From contig JBBARN010000007.1 in NCBI GenBank assembly GCA_040399845.1, positions 8,071 through 72,070 of the forward strand: 64,000 nucleotides of DNA, written 5' to 3'. This stretch comes from Luteolibacter sp. Lineage in GTDB: Bacteria; Verrucomicrobiota; Verrucomicrobiia; Verrucomicrobiales; Akkermansiaceae. Shown one piece after another: positions 37,615 to 46,109 of the stretch. The notes under the pieces are model-generated. The model was not told the DNA's origin and ran no database searches. It saw nothing but the letters and a program-made list of their open reading frames with translations. The translations under genes and the position numbers were made by a program. Within the stretch, counting starts at the first letter, position 1, and every line of letters begins with the position of its first letter.

Positions 37615-37946
37615 GTGCTCCCCATTGGATACCCACTGTCGGTGGTGGTGCGACAGTCTGCCACTACAGCGACCGGACCGCCTGCACCATCATCCGCATC
37701 AGTCCGAGCGGCAAAACCATCTGGATGCGGAAGGACACTGCCGTTCTCGACGACTGGAAATCCGAGTTCGTCGCCGGTGGATTCGCCGGCCATTGCGTGA
37801 ACAACACCGAGCAAGCTTACAAATACTCGCCCAATCCCGAAGGGGCCGTTCATCGCGCCAGCCTCCGCAAGGATGGTTGGTTCCGCACTACCAACGGCGA
37901 GCCGGTCATCCCCGGCCGCCGCCACTTCCACGACTACAACTTCTGA
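37611..37946 (+). CDS. Phage-type hypothetical protein
   Basis: ATGA overlap; VGGGAT...SDRTACTIIRIS pattern. Confidence 0.6.
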   Translation: MSAPHWIPTVGGGATVCHYSDRTACTIIRISPSGKTIWMRKDTAVLDDWKSEFVAGGFAGHCVNNTEQAYKYSPNPEGAVHRASLRKDGWFRTTNGEPVIPGRRHFHDYNF

Positions 37947-38185
37947 TGAAGGTCGAAGTCGAAAAATACCGCAAACCCGATGGCTACGCCACGCGCTACT
38001 GGTCGGTCGTGGTGGATGGCGAACTGCTCGCCGTCACCCTCTACCGCAAGGGCGCGGAGGCCGTCGCCCGGGCCATCACCAACACCAACTCAGATCCCCA
38101 TGTCACGTTCCTTGAAGATTCTGCCAACCCCGCCGCCACGCCCCACAAGCCCACCGCTGGCCTGGCGACCTACCGGACCCGATGA
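37946..38185 (+). CDS. Small hypothetical protein
   Basis: TGATG coupling; its 3' end overlaps the AAA gene start. Confidence 0.5.
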   Translation: MKVEVEKYRKPDGYATRYWSVVVDGELLAVTLYRKGAEAVARAITNTNSDPHVTFLEDSANPAATPHKPTAGLATYRTR

Positions 38186-38768
38186 CCTCTGCGGCTCAGC
38201 CGCTACCATCGCCGCCCGCCTGATCGCCAAAGCCCGCAAGCTCCACGACGATCCGACCGTCCCGTTGAAAATACTGCTCTACGGGCCGCCCGGTGTCGGC
38301 AAAACCAGCATCGCCGACATGGTGGCCGATGGGCTTTCCGGCACCCGCTTCGCCGTCGAAGAGTTCAACGGCAAGCTCGTCACCGTCGAGGTGGTGAAAC
38401 AGTGGATGGGCGCGCTCGGTGCCTGCTCGCTGTTCGGTGTCTATTCCGTGAAGATCATTAACGAAATGGACCGCTGCACGCGGGATGCACAGGACTTGCT
38501 CCTGATTTATCTCGACCGCCTGCCGCCAGGGCGTGCGGTGATCGGCACCAGCAACCTGCATCTCGACCTGCTCACCGAGCGGTTCCAGACGCGCTTCCAG
38601 TCGATCAAGCTCGCGGCCCCTTCCACCGAGGACATCGCCGACCTGCTCCGCCGCCACTGGCCGGTTGATCAGGCCACGGCACTCCGCATCGCGGTCGGCA
38701 GCGGTGGATCCGTGCGGGCCGCGCTTGCCGATCTGGAATCCTGGCTGGATGCGGAGGGACTGTCATGA
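38100..38768 (+). CDS. AAA+ ATPase, clamp-loader/RarA-like core
   Basis: LAWRPTGPDDLCG, GPPGVGKT Walker A, IINEMD Walker B, GTSN sensor-1, FQTRF and GSVRAAL motifs. Confidence 0.8.
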   Translation: MSRSLKILPTPPPRPTSPPLAWRPTGPDDLCGSAATIAARLIAKARKLHDDPTVPLKILLYGPPGVGKTSIADMVADGLSGTRFAVEEFNGKLVTVEVVKQWMGALGACSLFGVYSVKIINEMDRCTRDAQDLLLIYLDRLPPGRAVIGTSNLHLDLLTERFQTRFQSIKLAAPSTEDIADLLRRHWPVDQATALRIAVGSGGSVRAALADLESWLDAEGLS

Positions 38769-39250
38769 ATCAGGACGACATCACTCATTCACGACAGCCG
38801 ATCATCCTGCTTGATCTCAACTACACTCTCGTCGCCAACAGCCCGCTTCACGGTAGAGCACCCAAGCGCATGGAGAAACGCCTTGCCGATGAGCAATACC
38901 GCCAGTGGCTCGTCGATCTTGTTCGTCCCTACACCGTCATCTTGATGACCGCACGCCCGGGAACATGGATGATCAAAACCATCGACCGCATCGAGGATCA
39001 AACCGGCTGGCGACCACAGGACGCGTGCTTCGCGCCTAAAGGCTGGTGGAAGCCGCCTGCGATCAAACAGCACATGCTCATAAAGAATGTGTTCCCGATT
39101 CACGGCGAGGACGCCCGCTACATTGCGATTGAGAGCAATCCCCGGACCCGTGACATGTATGCCAAATTCGGCATTCCTTGTTTCTGGGTGATTGAGCAAG
39201 GCACCTGCCTGACCGAAGGAACGCGCATCGTCAAACGGGTGCCTCCATAG
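38765..39250 (+). CDS. HAD-superfamily protein (PNKP-phosphatase-like)
   Basis: ILLDLNYTLV motif I variant, MTARP motif II, IK, AIESN; ATGA overlap with the AAA gene. Confidence 0.65.
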   Translation: MNQDDITHSRQPIILLDLNYTLVANSPLHGRAPKRMEKRLADEQYRQWLVDLVRPYTVILMTARPGTWMIKTIDRIEDQTGWRPQDACFAPKGWWKPPAIKQHMLIKNVFPIHGEDARYIAIESNPRTRDMYAKFGIPCFWVIEQGTCLTEGTRIVKRVPP

Positions 39251-39575
39251 GCCCCTCACAGATGATGGTGTTACTTATCGTTTGATATGCAGAAGCCGGA
39301 CTGGTCGCCGAAGAAGCTGACCGTTATCTCTTCGATGCCGGCGACGGAACCGGCGCGAGAGTTGGCGGGCAAACCAATCTCGCCGACAAACATTCCGAAA
39401 TAGTCGCGACCCCGCGGGCGTTCTCATACAAAATGAAAGCGGAGTCTGCCGTAAGAATTCGGAAACACGGCCCCCGGCTCACTATTTCAAGAACCCGCAA
39501 AGTCTTTATTCCGTGGTGGACAGGGCCCACGACGGAATGTGAAGTAACCCACTCGATTCAAACGAAAACCAAAAC

Positions 39576-41194
39576 ATGATCACGGAACTCGGAGCTTACT
39601 TCCGTTTCATTATCGTTCTCGCCCTGACCAGTGCCAATGCCGGGCCTCCGAAATCATGGCCTTACTGGCCGGAATATGAAAAAACGCCGTTGAATCAAAT
39701 CCGTCCACAAGAGTGGAACCCGACGGATCATGTCATCGACGGCTGGGATTGGTCATTGCCACCCAGCGTGAGGCCCGCGCCCACGGGCTTGCTCGCAGTG
39801 TATCGGATTTCGAATATCGAGCGTCCGCTGGGCAAGGATATTCAAGCGCTCGATTTACCGGTGAATCCGACGCTTGAGATATGGGTCAAGTGGCGTGACT
39901 TGGAACCCACAGAAGGCGAATACCGGTTCGACCTGCTGCGCAAGCGGATGGAGGAAGCCAAGCAAAGGGGATGTGGCGTCGTGCTGCGCATGCTGAGTTC
40001 AGCGACGATCTTCGCACCGGAGTGGCTGGCAAAATACGAGGTGCCGATTCGCAAGGAAGAAAGCAAGAACAAGCCGAAGGTCACCAATTACGACATTAGC
40101 CATCCGGAGTTCCACAAGCGCTATCGCCTGCTCGTCGAACATCTCGGCAAGAGTGGAGCCCCCCAGATGGACATCCTTAAAGGAGCCTTCGTCGGCTATG
40201 CATCGCCATCGTATGGAGACGAAGGCATCGGCCCGCATGGTGTGGATCCGGATACGGTTCCGCATGTGATCGAGCGGCTTGACGCCTGGGCGCGGGCTTT
40301 TGAAAAGGTCGAGCACAAGGTGTTCATGGGCGGGATTTCCAAGCATGGCTTCAAAAAGGGATTCGGCACCCGGCGCGGCTTTGTGGAGATGTATCTCTAT
40401 CACATTCCCGACGGGGAAATCGGGCAGACCGTGGACAAACAAGGCGACCTCTTCGTGGATGATTCGGTCGAGTTATTGAAACGCGGGGGTTTCACGGAGA
40501 AGAGAACGAGGAGTATGATGAATCGTGGGCAACCGCGGAACGGGGTTTCCGTTTCGGTGAGAATACCGACAGTTTCACCTACCGCTACTTCGTTTCCAAC
40601 CTGCGGACGCTGCAAATGCAGTGCAATCACGTGCTGATGAGTTCGTTCTCCATTTATCCTGAGCAAATGGTGTGGATGGGCCAGACGCTCGGACGCACGG
40701 TTGAGGATTCCCCCGAGGTCTGGTGCGCGCTGCGGGAAAGCCAGGTCCGCCGCGTCGGTCCCGTGAAGAATCTCGAGCGCTGGCTCTATCAGCGGGATTC
40801 GCCGGGTTTCGAGACAAGTCCCGACGTGAAGATCGATCACCCGATCAAAATGTGGATGGTCCAACCCGACCATCAATTCGACTACATCGCCCGCAAAGGC
40901 AGACAGATCGGACTCGCCGTCGATGACCGCTGGGCCGGCGGAGGCCCGGTGGATGTGGCGTTGAAGACCACCTATTTCGACAAGGGCACGGGCACGGTTG
41001 ATGTCGCGGTGAAGACCCGCGGTGGCGATGTGACCCGGCAGATCAGGCTGACAGGAAGCGACAAGCTCAAGACCGCGACGTTTATGATCAAGGATGCGGT
41101 GTTTTCCGCGGAAAAGATGGACTACGACATCACCTTCAAATCCACAGGAGACGAAGCAGTCCTTTCCTTTGTACGGATCATCCGTCTTGATTAA
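39576..41194 (+). pseudogene. Secreted TIM-barrel glycoside hydrolase (GH42/clan-A-like), split by a frameshift near 40485-40490
   Basis: Signal peptide and WRDLEPTEGEYRFD in ORF 39576..40637; frame of 40616..41194 is open and protein-like from 40490 (FHGEENEEY); adding one G to the G5 run joins them. Confidence 0.7.
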
Positions 41195-41516
41195 GGTCAT
41201 AGGAAAAATCCAATCATCACTGCGATTCCGGCGATCTTTATGGGCCTCATCGTCGCACCCGTGGTGGAAAAAGGCGTGCGCTCCCGCAGCGTGGTTTTGC
41301 CGAAAAGGCAATGGAAGGCGGAGGACGGCAGAATCCACAGCGGCGGAGGGTCGGTAAAGATCTAGGTTCCCCTGCAACGCCTGCCCGACTTCGTGAGGAA
41401 GTGAAGTCCGGTTCCTTTGTTTTCCACTGCGGCTGCCGTGGGTATGCTACCTGATTATTGGCAGCATCGGCGAGTGGGGCGACTGAGATTCGTCGGCAAG
41501 CAGCCGGGCAAGGGAA

Positions 41517-42935
41517 TCACTTCTCCGTCACCGGCCGGCGGATCGCCAGGGTGGGAGCAGGCAGGGTGGGATGGCGGCGGCTGGCAAAGCCATGGACCAG
41601 ACCGGTCGATGTGGTCTCCACCGTGTCGCGGGCGACGATCAGGGTGATCTTGGAGCCGGAGTTCTCGCGCAGAAACTCGGCCAGCAGCTCGCCCTGAATG
41701 CTGAAACGTCCCTGGTGCACCCCCTGCTTGACGACGAACTCGCCAACTTCCCGAACCTTGTCCATGTTCAAAATGGTGGGTTTCCCGGCTGCAGGCGCTC
41801 TCCCGGCTTTGATCATTCTATCATTCCAAGGGCTATCTACTAACAAGCCATAAACTTTGAAGGTGGCATCCGGCACATCGGAGGCAAGACCCAGACCCGT
41901 TGGTGCGAAATGAAGCGTCAATTCGGCATCCTCAATGTCACGACCGATTCCTGAGAGATCAAAACCAAGATAGGATTTACGGTCCGAATAGCCATTGATC
42001 GACTTTTTGACCAACAAGAGGGTTTCGGCACGGGGCACTGGGACGCCTTTATCGGTGGCATCGCCAATGTATGCATCTTTGTAGCTTGTGAGATTGGTCC
42101 ACTCCTCTCCTCGCATGGCTGGCCCAACTTTTCCGGCTTGCGAGGATTCCGGACTCCAGGGCCGGGCTTCTCCCATGCTGTTCTTATCGGCCGAATTCAT
42201 TTGTCCGGCCCTGAGTGCGACCACCACTCCCGTCGGTGGATGCTCGACTTCCACGAGGCCCTCGTGCACGTGGGTTTGAGTTCTTCCTGCGGCGGGATCG
42301 ACATTCACGGTGAAACGGGTTCCGAAGTCGATGACGTTGGCGGTTGATGTGGCAATGCGGAAACCAATTGCCGATTCGGGAACATCCGCCAACACGATTC
42401 CACTTCCCAAGATGCAGTTCATATCGTCAACGAGAGTCAGTTCGGCCGGTGCTTCGAGTGAAACTTGTGCGCCGGAGTCGAAGCGCAGCGTCACCAACCC
42501 CTCGGCGAGCCGCAAGGTTCCCTTGCTCAGGCGAGTGCCATCGCTGGTCGGTAAATCGCTACCATCCCAGCGGGCCGCACGGGAATCGACAAGAGTAGCG
42601 AATCCCCGGGGTGCCTCCGCTTGACGAGGCCAGAAGATGGACGCCGCGAGGGCAATGCATGCGGCGGCTGCCAAGCCCGCCATCGAGACCATGGGAAAAC
42701 GGGAAGGTTTACGGGGCTTATTGAGACCCGGAAGAAACTGCGTCACCTCGCCGGCGGTGTAGTCGAGGTGCAAGCTGGCGTGCAGTTCCATGTGTTCGCT
42801 GAAGAAACGGCGCGCATCGGGAGATGTCCTGAGCAATGCGTTGAGAGCCTCGCGGCCAGCATCGTCCAGGCTTCCATCCAGCACCTCGGCAAGAAGCGCG
42901 AGGAGTTGGGCTTGATCAAATTCGGAACGATTCAT
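41517..42935 (-). CDS. FecR-like anti-sigma factor with C-terminal DNRLRE/CBM-like domain
   Basis: N-terminal helical domain, TM, L.EG...LRFDSGAQVSLEAPA and IDFGTRF FecR motifs; KDAYI...RKSYLGFDLS C-terminal domain. Confidence 0.8.
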   Translation of the reverse strand: MNRSEFDQAQLLALLAEVLDGSLDDAGREALNALLRTSPDARRFFSEHMELHASLHLDYTAGEVTQFLPGLNKPRKPSRFPMVSMAGLAAAACIALAASIFWPRQAEAPRGFATLVDSRAARWDGSDLPTSDGTRLSKGTLRLAEGLVTLRFDSGAQVSLEAPAELTLVDDMNCILGSGIVLADVPESAIGFRIATSTANVIDFGTRFTVNVDPAAGRTQTHVHEGLVEVEHPPTGVVVALRAGQMNSADKNSMGEARPWSPESSQAGKVGPAMRGEEWTNLTSYKDAYIGDATDKGVPVPRAETLLLVKKSINGYSDRKSYLGFDLSGIGRDIEDAELTLHFAPTGLGLASDVPDATFKVYGLLVDSPWNDRMIKAGRAPAAGKPTILNMDKVREVGEFVVKQGVHQGRFSIQGELLAEFLRENSGSKITLIVARDTVETTSTGLVHGFASRRHPTLPAPTLAIRRPVTEK

Positions 42936-43450
42936 GGTGTGGCCTCCTCCAGTTTGGATTTGATGCAAATGCGGAGCACCTCACGGATGCGCATCATGGC
43001 CATCTTCAGCGCGCTTTCGTTTTTACCGTGATCCACAGCCAGTTGGCGGATGGGGATTTCCTCGCGGTAGCGTCGGTCGAGCAGTTGCCGGTGTTTATCG
43101 GGCAGGCATGCCAGACAATCGCGCAGGGCGAGCCGGCGTTCGTTTTCGTCCCGGGCGTCACCCGAGTCTTCGTCGGCGAGCAGGGCAAGCACGTCGTCGT
43201 CGAAGAGGTGGCGGTCGCGCTTGCGGTCGCGCAGGAAGGCGAGGGCTTGGTAGTAGGCGCACCTCCGAGCCCATGCGCCGAAGTCGGTCCCGGCCTCGAA
43301 ATCGCCCATCTTCCGCCACAGGACCAGATTGGTCTCCTGCAGCACGTCGCGGGCGTCATGGGTGTTGCTCAGCAGTGTCACCAAGTAGCCGAACAGGCGG
43401 TTCTGCCAGTCGGTCATTTGGAAAACGAATTCTTTGTCGGGTTGGGCCAT
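42932..43450 (-). CDS. ECF sigma-70 factor (Rhodopirellula/Verrucomicrobium type)
   Basis: DARDVLQETNLVLWRK region 2, LRDCLACLP...RIR.VLR.CI region 4; 4-bp overlap with the anti-sigma gene. Confidence 0.88.
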   Translation of the reverse strand: MAQPDKEFVFQMTDWQNRLFGYLVTLLSNTHDARDVLQETNLVLWRKMGDFEAGTDFGAWARRCAYYQALAFLRDRKRDRHLFDDDVLALLADEDSGDARDENERRLALRDCLACLPDKHRQLLDRRYREEIPIRQLAVDHGKNESALKMAMMRIREVLRICIKSKLEEATP

Positions 43451-43511
43451 GACGTCATGGATTGATACCGTGAAACCGCGCGGCGTCACATGATTTAATG
43501 ATTTTCTCCCA

Positions 43512-45131
43512 TCATGGCGACGGGCTGTGGAAATCCTGTGGCAGATCCAAGGCCTGCTTCTGGGCAAGCAGCCGTGGCCGGAGGGTTTCATAGGGAAGGT
43601 TATGCACCGCCACGTCCTGTTTCGCAGCCAGCGCTGCGGCGATGCCCGCGCTTTGGCCGATGAGCATCCAGGTCGCCTCGATCCGCAGCGATGACATGGC
43701 GACGTGCGTGCTGGACAACGCCACCGGAACCAGCAGGTTGTCGCACTCGGCGGGCAGCGGCAGGATCGAGCGGTAAGGAACGTGATACGGATAGCCGATG
43801 CGGTTCTTTTGGCGCACTGGGAAGATGGTGCCCTCGTTGATCACGCCACCGCCTTTCGTGGCGATCCGCTGGCAGTCGTGGGAGTCGATGGGAAACGAGG
43901 CCACCATGATCGGGTCGGGCTTGGTGAAATCTTTGAGGATATCGTCCTGCTTGATGACGTAAACGCCCTTCATCCGGCGGCTTTCGCGAACGTAGAGCTG
44001 GGGTGGAAAATGGCCGGATCCGGCGAACTCGTCCTTGCAGAATCCCCACTCGGCGATGCTCTCGCGGCGCTTTTGGGAAAACACCGGATCATTGGCGAGG
44101 AAGTGGAGAAACTCCAAGGTGTATTGTTTGTGCGCTCGGTAGATGACGGCGCGCCCGGCCTGATCGGCCGTGGCCCAGCCCTTGGCACAGCCAACGAGGC
44201 CGAATGAGAACTGTTTGTAGATGCCGTTGTTGCCATCGATCTTGTTTCCGGGAACTTCATATCGGTCGAAATCCACTTCCTTGTCGCCGTGAGCCTTCAC
44301 GTAGCGGCGCACCACCTCGAAACGGGCAGGATCGTAGTTCTCCGGCGCGGGAAGCTTCACGCGGTTGGCCGGGTCTTTGGTCATGGAAAGCCGGAAGCTG
44401 TAGGTCATGATGTTGTCGTCGCCAGCTTCTTTCGGTCCGGCATCGGTGCCGGTGATAAGGGGCAGTGGCTTTCCTTCGGCGTCGAAGCCATCGATGTTCA
44501 TTTTCCGCTTCTGCTTGGGATATTGTTTCCCGGCAAACGATTCGCCGAACTCCGCAACACCCCCGCGGCCGATGGTCCAGCTCACGCCAGCCGCAGCCAT
44601 CAGATCGCCCTCGTAGCTGCCATCAATGAAGACGCGCCCGGTGAAGGTACCGTTGCTGGTCACGATGCCGGTGATGCGCGGGCCGGTTCTGTTGACGGAT
44701 TTTAAATAGCGTTCGGTAAGCACCTTCACCTTGGCCTCGGCAAGCATGGCATTGGTGATGCGGGTCGCCACAGAAGGCTCGACCGACCATTTCGCCTGGT
44801 CTTTGACATTCACGTCGTAAGGCAGCTTCACGCCCCGGCTTTGATAGTCCTGTTGAATGCGCAGATGCCACTCGTGGAATAAACCCATGAGCTTGTCGCG
44901 GTACATCTGGTCGGAGTCGCTGAAGCTCAAGCCGCCGGTGTTCATGCCGCCGATGTGTTTTGTTGGCTCCAGCAGGATCACCGAAGCACCCTCGCGGGCG
45001 GCGGCGATCGCGGCGCAGTAGCCGCCGGGAGTGGAACCGTAAACGATGACGTCGGCGGTGGTCTGGGCCTGTGTTTGCAGGCTGCCGCCCAGCAGCAGGA
45101 AGGCGGTGGTGACGAGTGCGCGTGGATTCAT
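43512..45131 (-). CDS. Secreted FAD-dependent oxidoreductase
   Basis: Signal peptide; DVIVYGSTPGGYCAAIAAAREG Rossmann motif, FIDGSYEGDL, YVRESRR and SSLRIE motifs. Confidence 0.82.
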   Translation of the reverse strand: MNPRALVTTAFLLLGGSLQTQAQTTADVIVYGSTPGGYCAAIAAAREGASVILLEPTKHIGGMNTGGLSFSDSDQMYRDKLMGLFHEWHLRIQQDYQSRGVKLPYDVNVKDQAKWSVEPSVATRITNAMLAEAKVKVLTERYLKSVNRTGPRITGIVTSNGTFTGRVFIDGSYEGDLMAAAGVSWTIGRGGVAEFGESFAGKQYPKQKRKMNIDGFDAEGKPLPLITGTDAGPKEAGDDNIMTYSFRLSMTKDPANRVKLPAPENYDPARFEVVRRYVKAHGDKEVDFDRYEVPGNKIDGNNGIYKQFSFGLVGCAKGWATADQAGRAVIYRAHKQYTLEFLHFLANDPVFSQKRRESIAEWGFCKDEFAGSGHFPPQLYVRESRRMKGVYVIKQDDILKDFTKPDPIMVASFPIDSHDCQRIATKGGGVINEGTIFPVRQKNRIGYPYHVPYRSILPLPAECDNLLVPVALSSTHVAMSSLRIEATWMLIGQSAGIAAALAAKQDVAVHNLPYETLRPRLLAQKQALDLPQDFHSPSP

Positions 45132-45221
45132 GGTTCCAAACATGGGGCGCGGAATTCAGTCCGCAAGGATAAGGCTACGGAGGATAGACGGGCGGAGCGA
45201 AGTCCGCGCTCCGTTTTCCGG

Positions 45222-45256
45222 AGAAACAGGGCCGCCGGTCCTCCAACCGGCGACCC
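45222..45256 (-). terminator. Putative intrinsic terminator downstream of the PEP-CTERM gene
   Basis: Minus strand GGGTCGCCGG-8 nt loop-CCGGCGGCCC followed by TGTTTCT. Confidence 0.45.
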
Positions 45257-45297
45257 CTTCAAATCCGGAGAACCCATAAACTCAGGGAATCTTTTTC

Positions 45298-46029
45298 TCA
45301 GGCCCTGTGGCGGCGCAGCAGCATCAGCATGCCGAGGCTGCCGAGAAGGGCTGCGCGGGGCTCGGGGACAACGTCGAGAGTGAAGTTCGTGACGGTCGAT
45401 TGAGTTCCATCCAATCGCCCGAAACCGACGTAGTTGATGGTCGGATTGGTGGAGTAGGCAGTAGCGCCTCGTACGGAGACTCCGCCAATGAACCATTCCG
45501 CCGTCCATGCCGCGGCTTGGGTATTCAACACGATGGAAAACGTCTGTGTTCCGGTATGCACTGCTTCGCTCAAGACAAGAGTCGCACCGGGTCCTAATCC
45601 GGAAAAAACCTCGTTGGCGGGGTTGCGTCCGCGCTGAAAATACGGACCAGCATTGTTACCTGTGACAAAGTGCGAAGTGGTGAGCTTGGTTTCTGTGAAT
45701 CCTAGAAAATTCTGGCCCGTGGTTGAAGAGCCGTTGGCGGGCGCGGTCATGGTTAATGAGAGGGTATAGATGTTTCCACTCAGAGGCACGAATGGAAGAA
45801 ACGCGTTGTTGTCCGCGGTGAAATTGACTGAGGGAACCGTTCCGAATTCACGCCAATCAGAAGAACTCCAAGTCTGGGCTCCTGGTCTTACGTCCGGCGC
45901 TATTCCATTGAGACTGCCGTTAGTGCCTGAGCCCGTTCCGAAAGCATCCGAATAAATCACCGCTCCGCATGCAGGAAAAGCCGCGAGTGTGAAACTGATG
46001 ATGGCGATTAGATGATATTTGTTTCTCAT
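45298..46029 (-). CDS. PEP-CTERM sorting-domain protein
   Basis: Signal peptide; C-terminal VPEP-RAALLGSLGMLMLL-RRHRA. Confidence 0.9.
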   Translation of the reverse strand: MRNKYHLIAIISFTLAAFPACGAVIYSDAFGTGSGTNGSLNGIAPDVRPGAQTWSSSDWREFGTVPSVNFTADNNAFLPFVPLSGNIYTLSLTMTAPANGSSTTGQNFLGFTETKLTTSHFVTGNNAGPYFQRGRNPANEVFSGLGPGATLVLSEAVHTGTQTFSIVLNTQAAAWTAEWFIGGVSVRGATAYSTNPTINYVGFGRLDGTQSTVTNFTLDVVPEPRAALLGSLGMLMLLRRHRA

Positions 46030-46109
46030 GGTTTGCTAAGTGGATTTTCGTTTAAGAGGAAATGCCGGCAACCGAGCCGGTTTGGACGGTTGCCAGCATG
46101 ATTGAGGCC

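Larger units (their letters stand above)
26666..39250. mobile_element. Integrative element / genomic island at tRNA-Arg(CCG) (minimal extent; right end not found)
   Basis: att fragment, adjacent tyrosine integrase, xis, primase-helicase, toxin-antitoxin genes and phage-type small genes. Confidence 0.8.

Noticed and set aside
41445-41451. TGCTACC as the right-hand integrase arm site
   Set aside because: Single 7-mer with no att core nearby; expected by chance
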